Shown piece by piece: positions 62,640-64,000 of a DNA stretch of 64,000 bases. This DNA is from Cenococcum geophilum (lineage: Eukaryota). The position numbers and the translations under genes are program-made. Each line of letters begins with the position of its first letter. Positions within the stretch are counted from its first letter, which is position 1. The notes under the pieces are model-generated. The model searched no databases. It had not been told where the DNA came from and saw only the letters and a list, made by a program, of their open reading frames with translations. Where the stretch lies: assembly GCA_050273025.1 (NCBI GenBank), contig CP158635.1, forward strand, positions 17,794,001-17,858,000. Direction: 5' to 3'.

Positions 62640-64000
62640 TATGCGCTATTTCCATGCCAAATATAACCGCGTTAAGAATCGCGTTAATGGACTCCCTATA
62701 TAGCCTAGACTATTAGCTTATAACCTAATATTTACTCTATATAAGAATAAGGGCCTTTTAATATAGCTATATTACTATAATATACTTAGAACGCGTGCGA
62801 TAGTCTAGGAGCTTAAGTAGGAGTGTAATTATATACTTAAATTACGTTATACCGGCCTAGAAGAACTACCACTTTATAGTAGCTATTAGACTAATAAATT
62901 CCTTAAGCGCTATCCTAAATTTAGCCTATATACTAAGAATCTTAAAAAGCTGAAAAGATAGGCAGTAAAAGACCTAATAGCGCTATCGCGCTAGTATAAG
63001 GGCTATAATTACATAGTAGGGCTTTATGAAATTATAGTAGGAGATATATATAATTATAATAAAATAGGTATACGCCTAGGCGTAGGTAAGAAAGAGAAGG
63101 TAATTATAGCTTTAAAGGCTTTTTAAATTACTACTATAAAGGATACTAGCTACGAATTAGCTATAGTTATAGAGGTAATTTCTAGTAATAGAGTTATAGG
63201 GCCTCTACTTATTATCCTAGGAGGTAAAACTATATAGAAGCGCTAGTATATATAAATAGACGAGCCGCTAGGTAATTACTTACTAGTAGTAAGCGATACT
63301 ATATATACTAATAACCAGCTACTATTAGAGTAGGCTATTTACTTTAAAAAGTGGTCTAAAAAGCGCTAAATTAGCAAAAATCAACTCCTTATCCTAAATA
63401 GCTATACTAGCCATTTTACTAGGCAATTTATATAGTTTTATAACGATTACCTAATTATCCTATTTACTATAATTCCGCATATAACGCATATCTATTAACC
63501 TCCTAATATTATAGTTTTTTAGCTATATAAGTGCTATTATAGGCAAGCTATGGCTAGGGCCTTTTAAAATAGTTATATAGATTTTAATAAGATAGAGTTT
63601 CTACAAGCTCTATATAAAGTTCGCTTTAATATATTTAAGAAAAGTATAGTCCTAAGCGTCTAGGCGAAATTAGGGCTAATTTCTTTTAATCCTACTATTA
63701 TGCTTAGCCAAATTTAAAAGCTATTACTATAAGTAACAACGTCTATAGATACGGGTTCTATAGATAATTACCCTTTAGAGGCACTAACTTATACGTATAT
63801 ACTTATAGTACTAGCTAATTTACTAGATTAGAAGGAGGACAAGGATACATGGTATATTCTGCATAAAAAGTTTATATATAATAGCCTAGTAATTGCGGTT
63901 ATAGCTAAGGCTATATATAGAGACTTATTATATACCACTATAGTAGCGCAGAAGCGTAAGGATATGCAAAAGGACGCTTAGCAGTCGCTTTATATGGGAG
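62640..64000 (+). pseudogene. Fot1/pogo-family transposase (HTH-CENPB + DDE_1), running off the window
   Basis: It reconstructs to YN.DE.GIRLG, EL.TVIE.IS..G, LLILDGHTSH, PHTTHI.QP.DV.VFQPYK and W...GLI.FNP. Confidence 0.9.

Larger units (their letters stand above)
1..64000. other. RIP-degenerated, AT-rich nested-transposon block (fungal heterochromatin-like)
   Basis: TpA is pervasive, and TAA/TAG stops occur at Gln/Trp positions in recognisable TE proteins. Paired LTRs differ almost only by transitions (e.g. 37116-37393 vs 62358-62635). Confidence 0.95.

Overview
This is an AT-rich block of a filamentous ascomycete (Pezizomycotina-type) genome made almost entirely of nested transposons. TpA is in strong excess, CpA/TpG are depleted, and paired copies differ almost only by C>T/G>A changes, the signature of repeat-induced point mutation (RIP). 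I see no intact host gene, rRNA, tRNA or CRISPR array. About 15 elements can be resolved, most with termini and target-site duplications (TSDs): a Fot1/pogo transposase; four Gypsy elements (A, B and D with chromodomains; D only as its 3' end); two Copia elements, one inside the other; an Ngaro-type tyrosine-recombinase retroelement; a Tigger/pogo element; a Tc1 element with a second ORF; a short mariner derivative; a 9-bp-TSD TIR element; a 5'-truncated non-LTR insertion; and up to three members of a tandem-repeat-rich CATCGGG-TIR family. Three observations stand out. (1) Gypsy C carries, inside its LTRs, a ~950-codon accessory ORF that reconstructs by hand to a 2OG-Fe(II) dioxygenase-like protein (HxD...H...R). 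(2) One ~45-72 bp CCAAT-flanked palindrome sits just downstream of the last pol/YR ORF in four retroelements from three superfamilies. (3) Gypsy A and B each carry an antisense Zn(II)2Cys6-like ORF in the 3' region. All protein calls come from manual translation with RIP reversal, no database was searched, and pseudogene boundaries are approximate.
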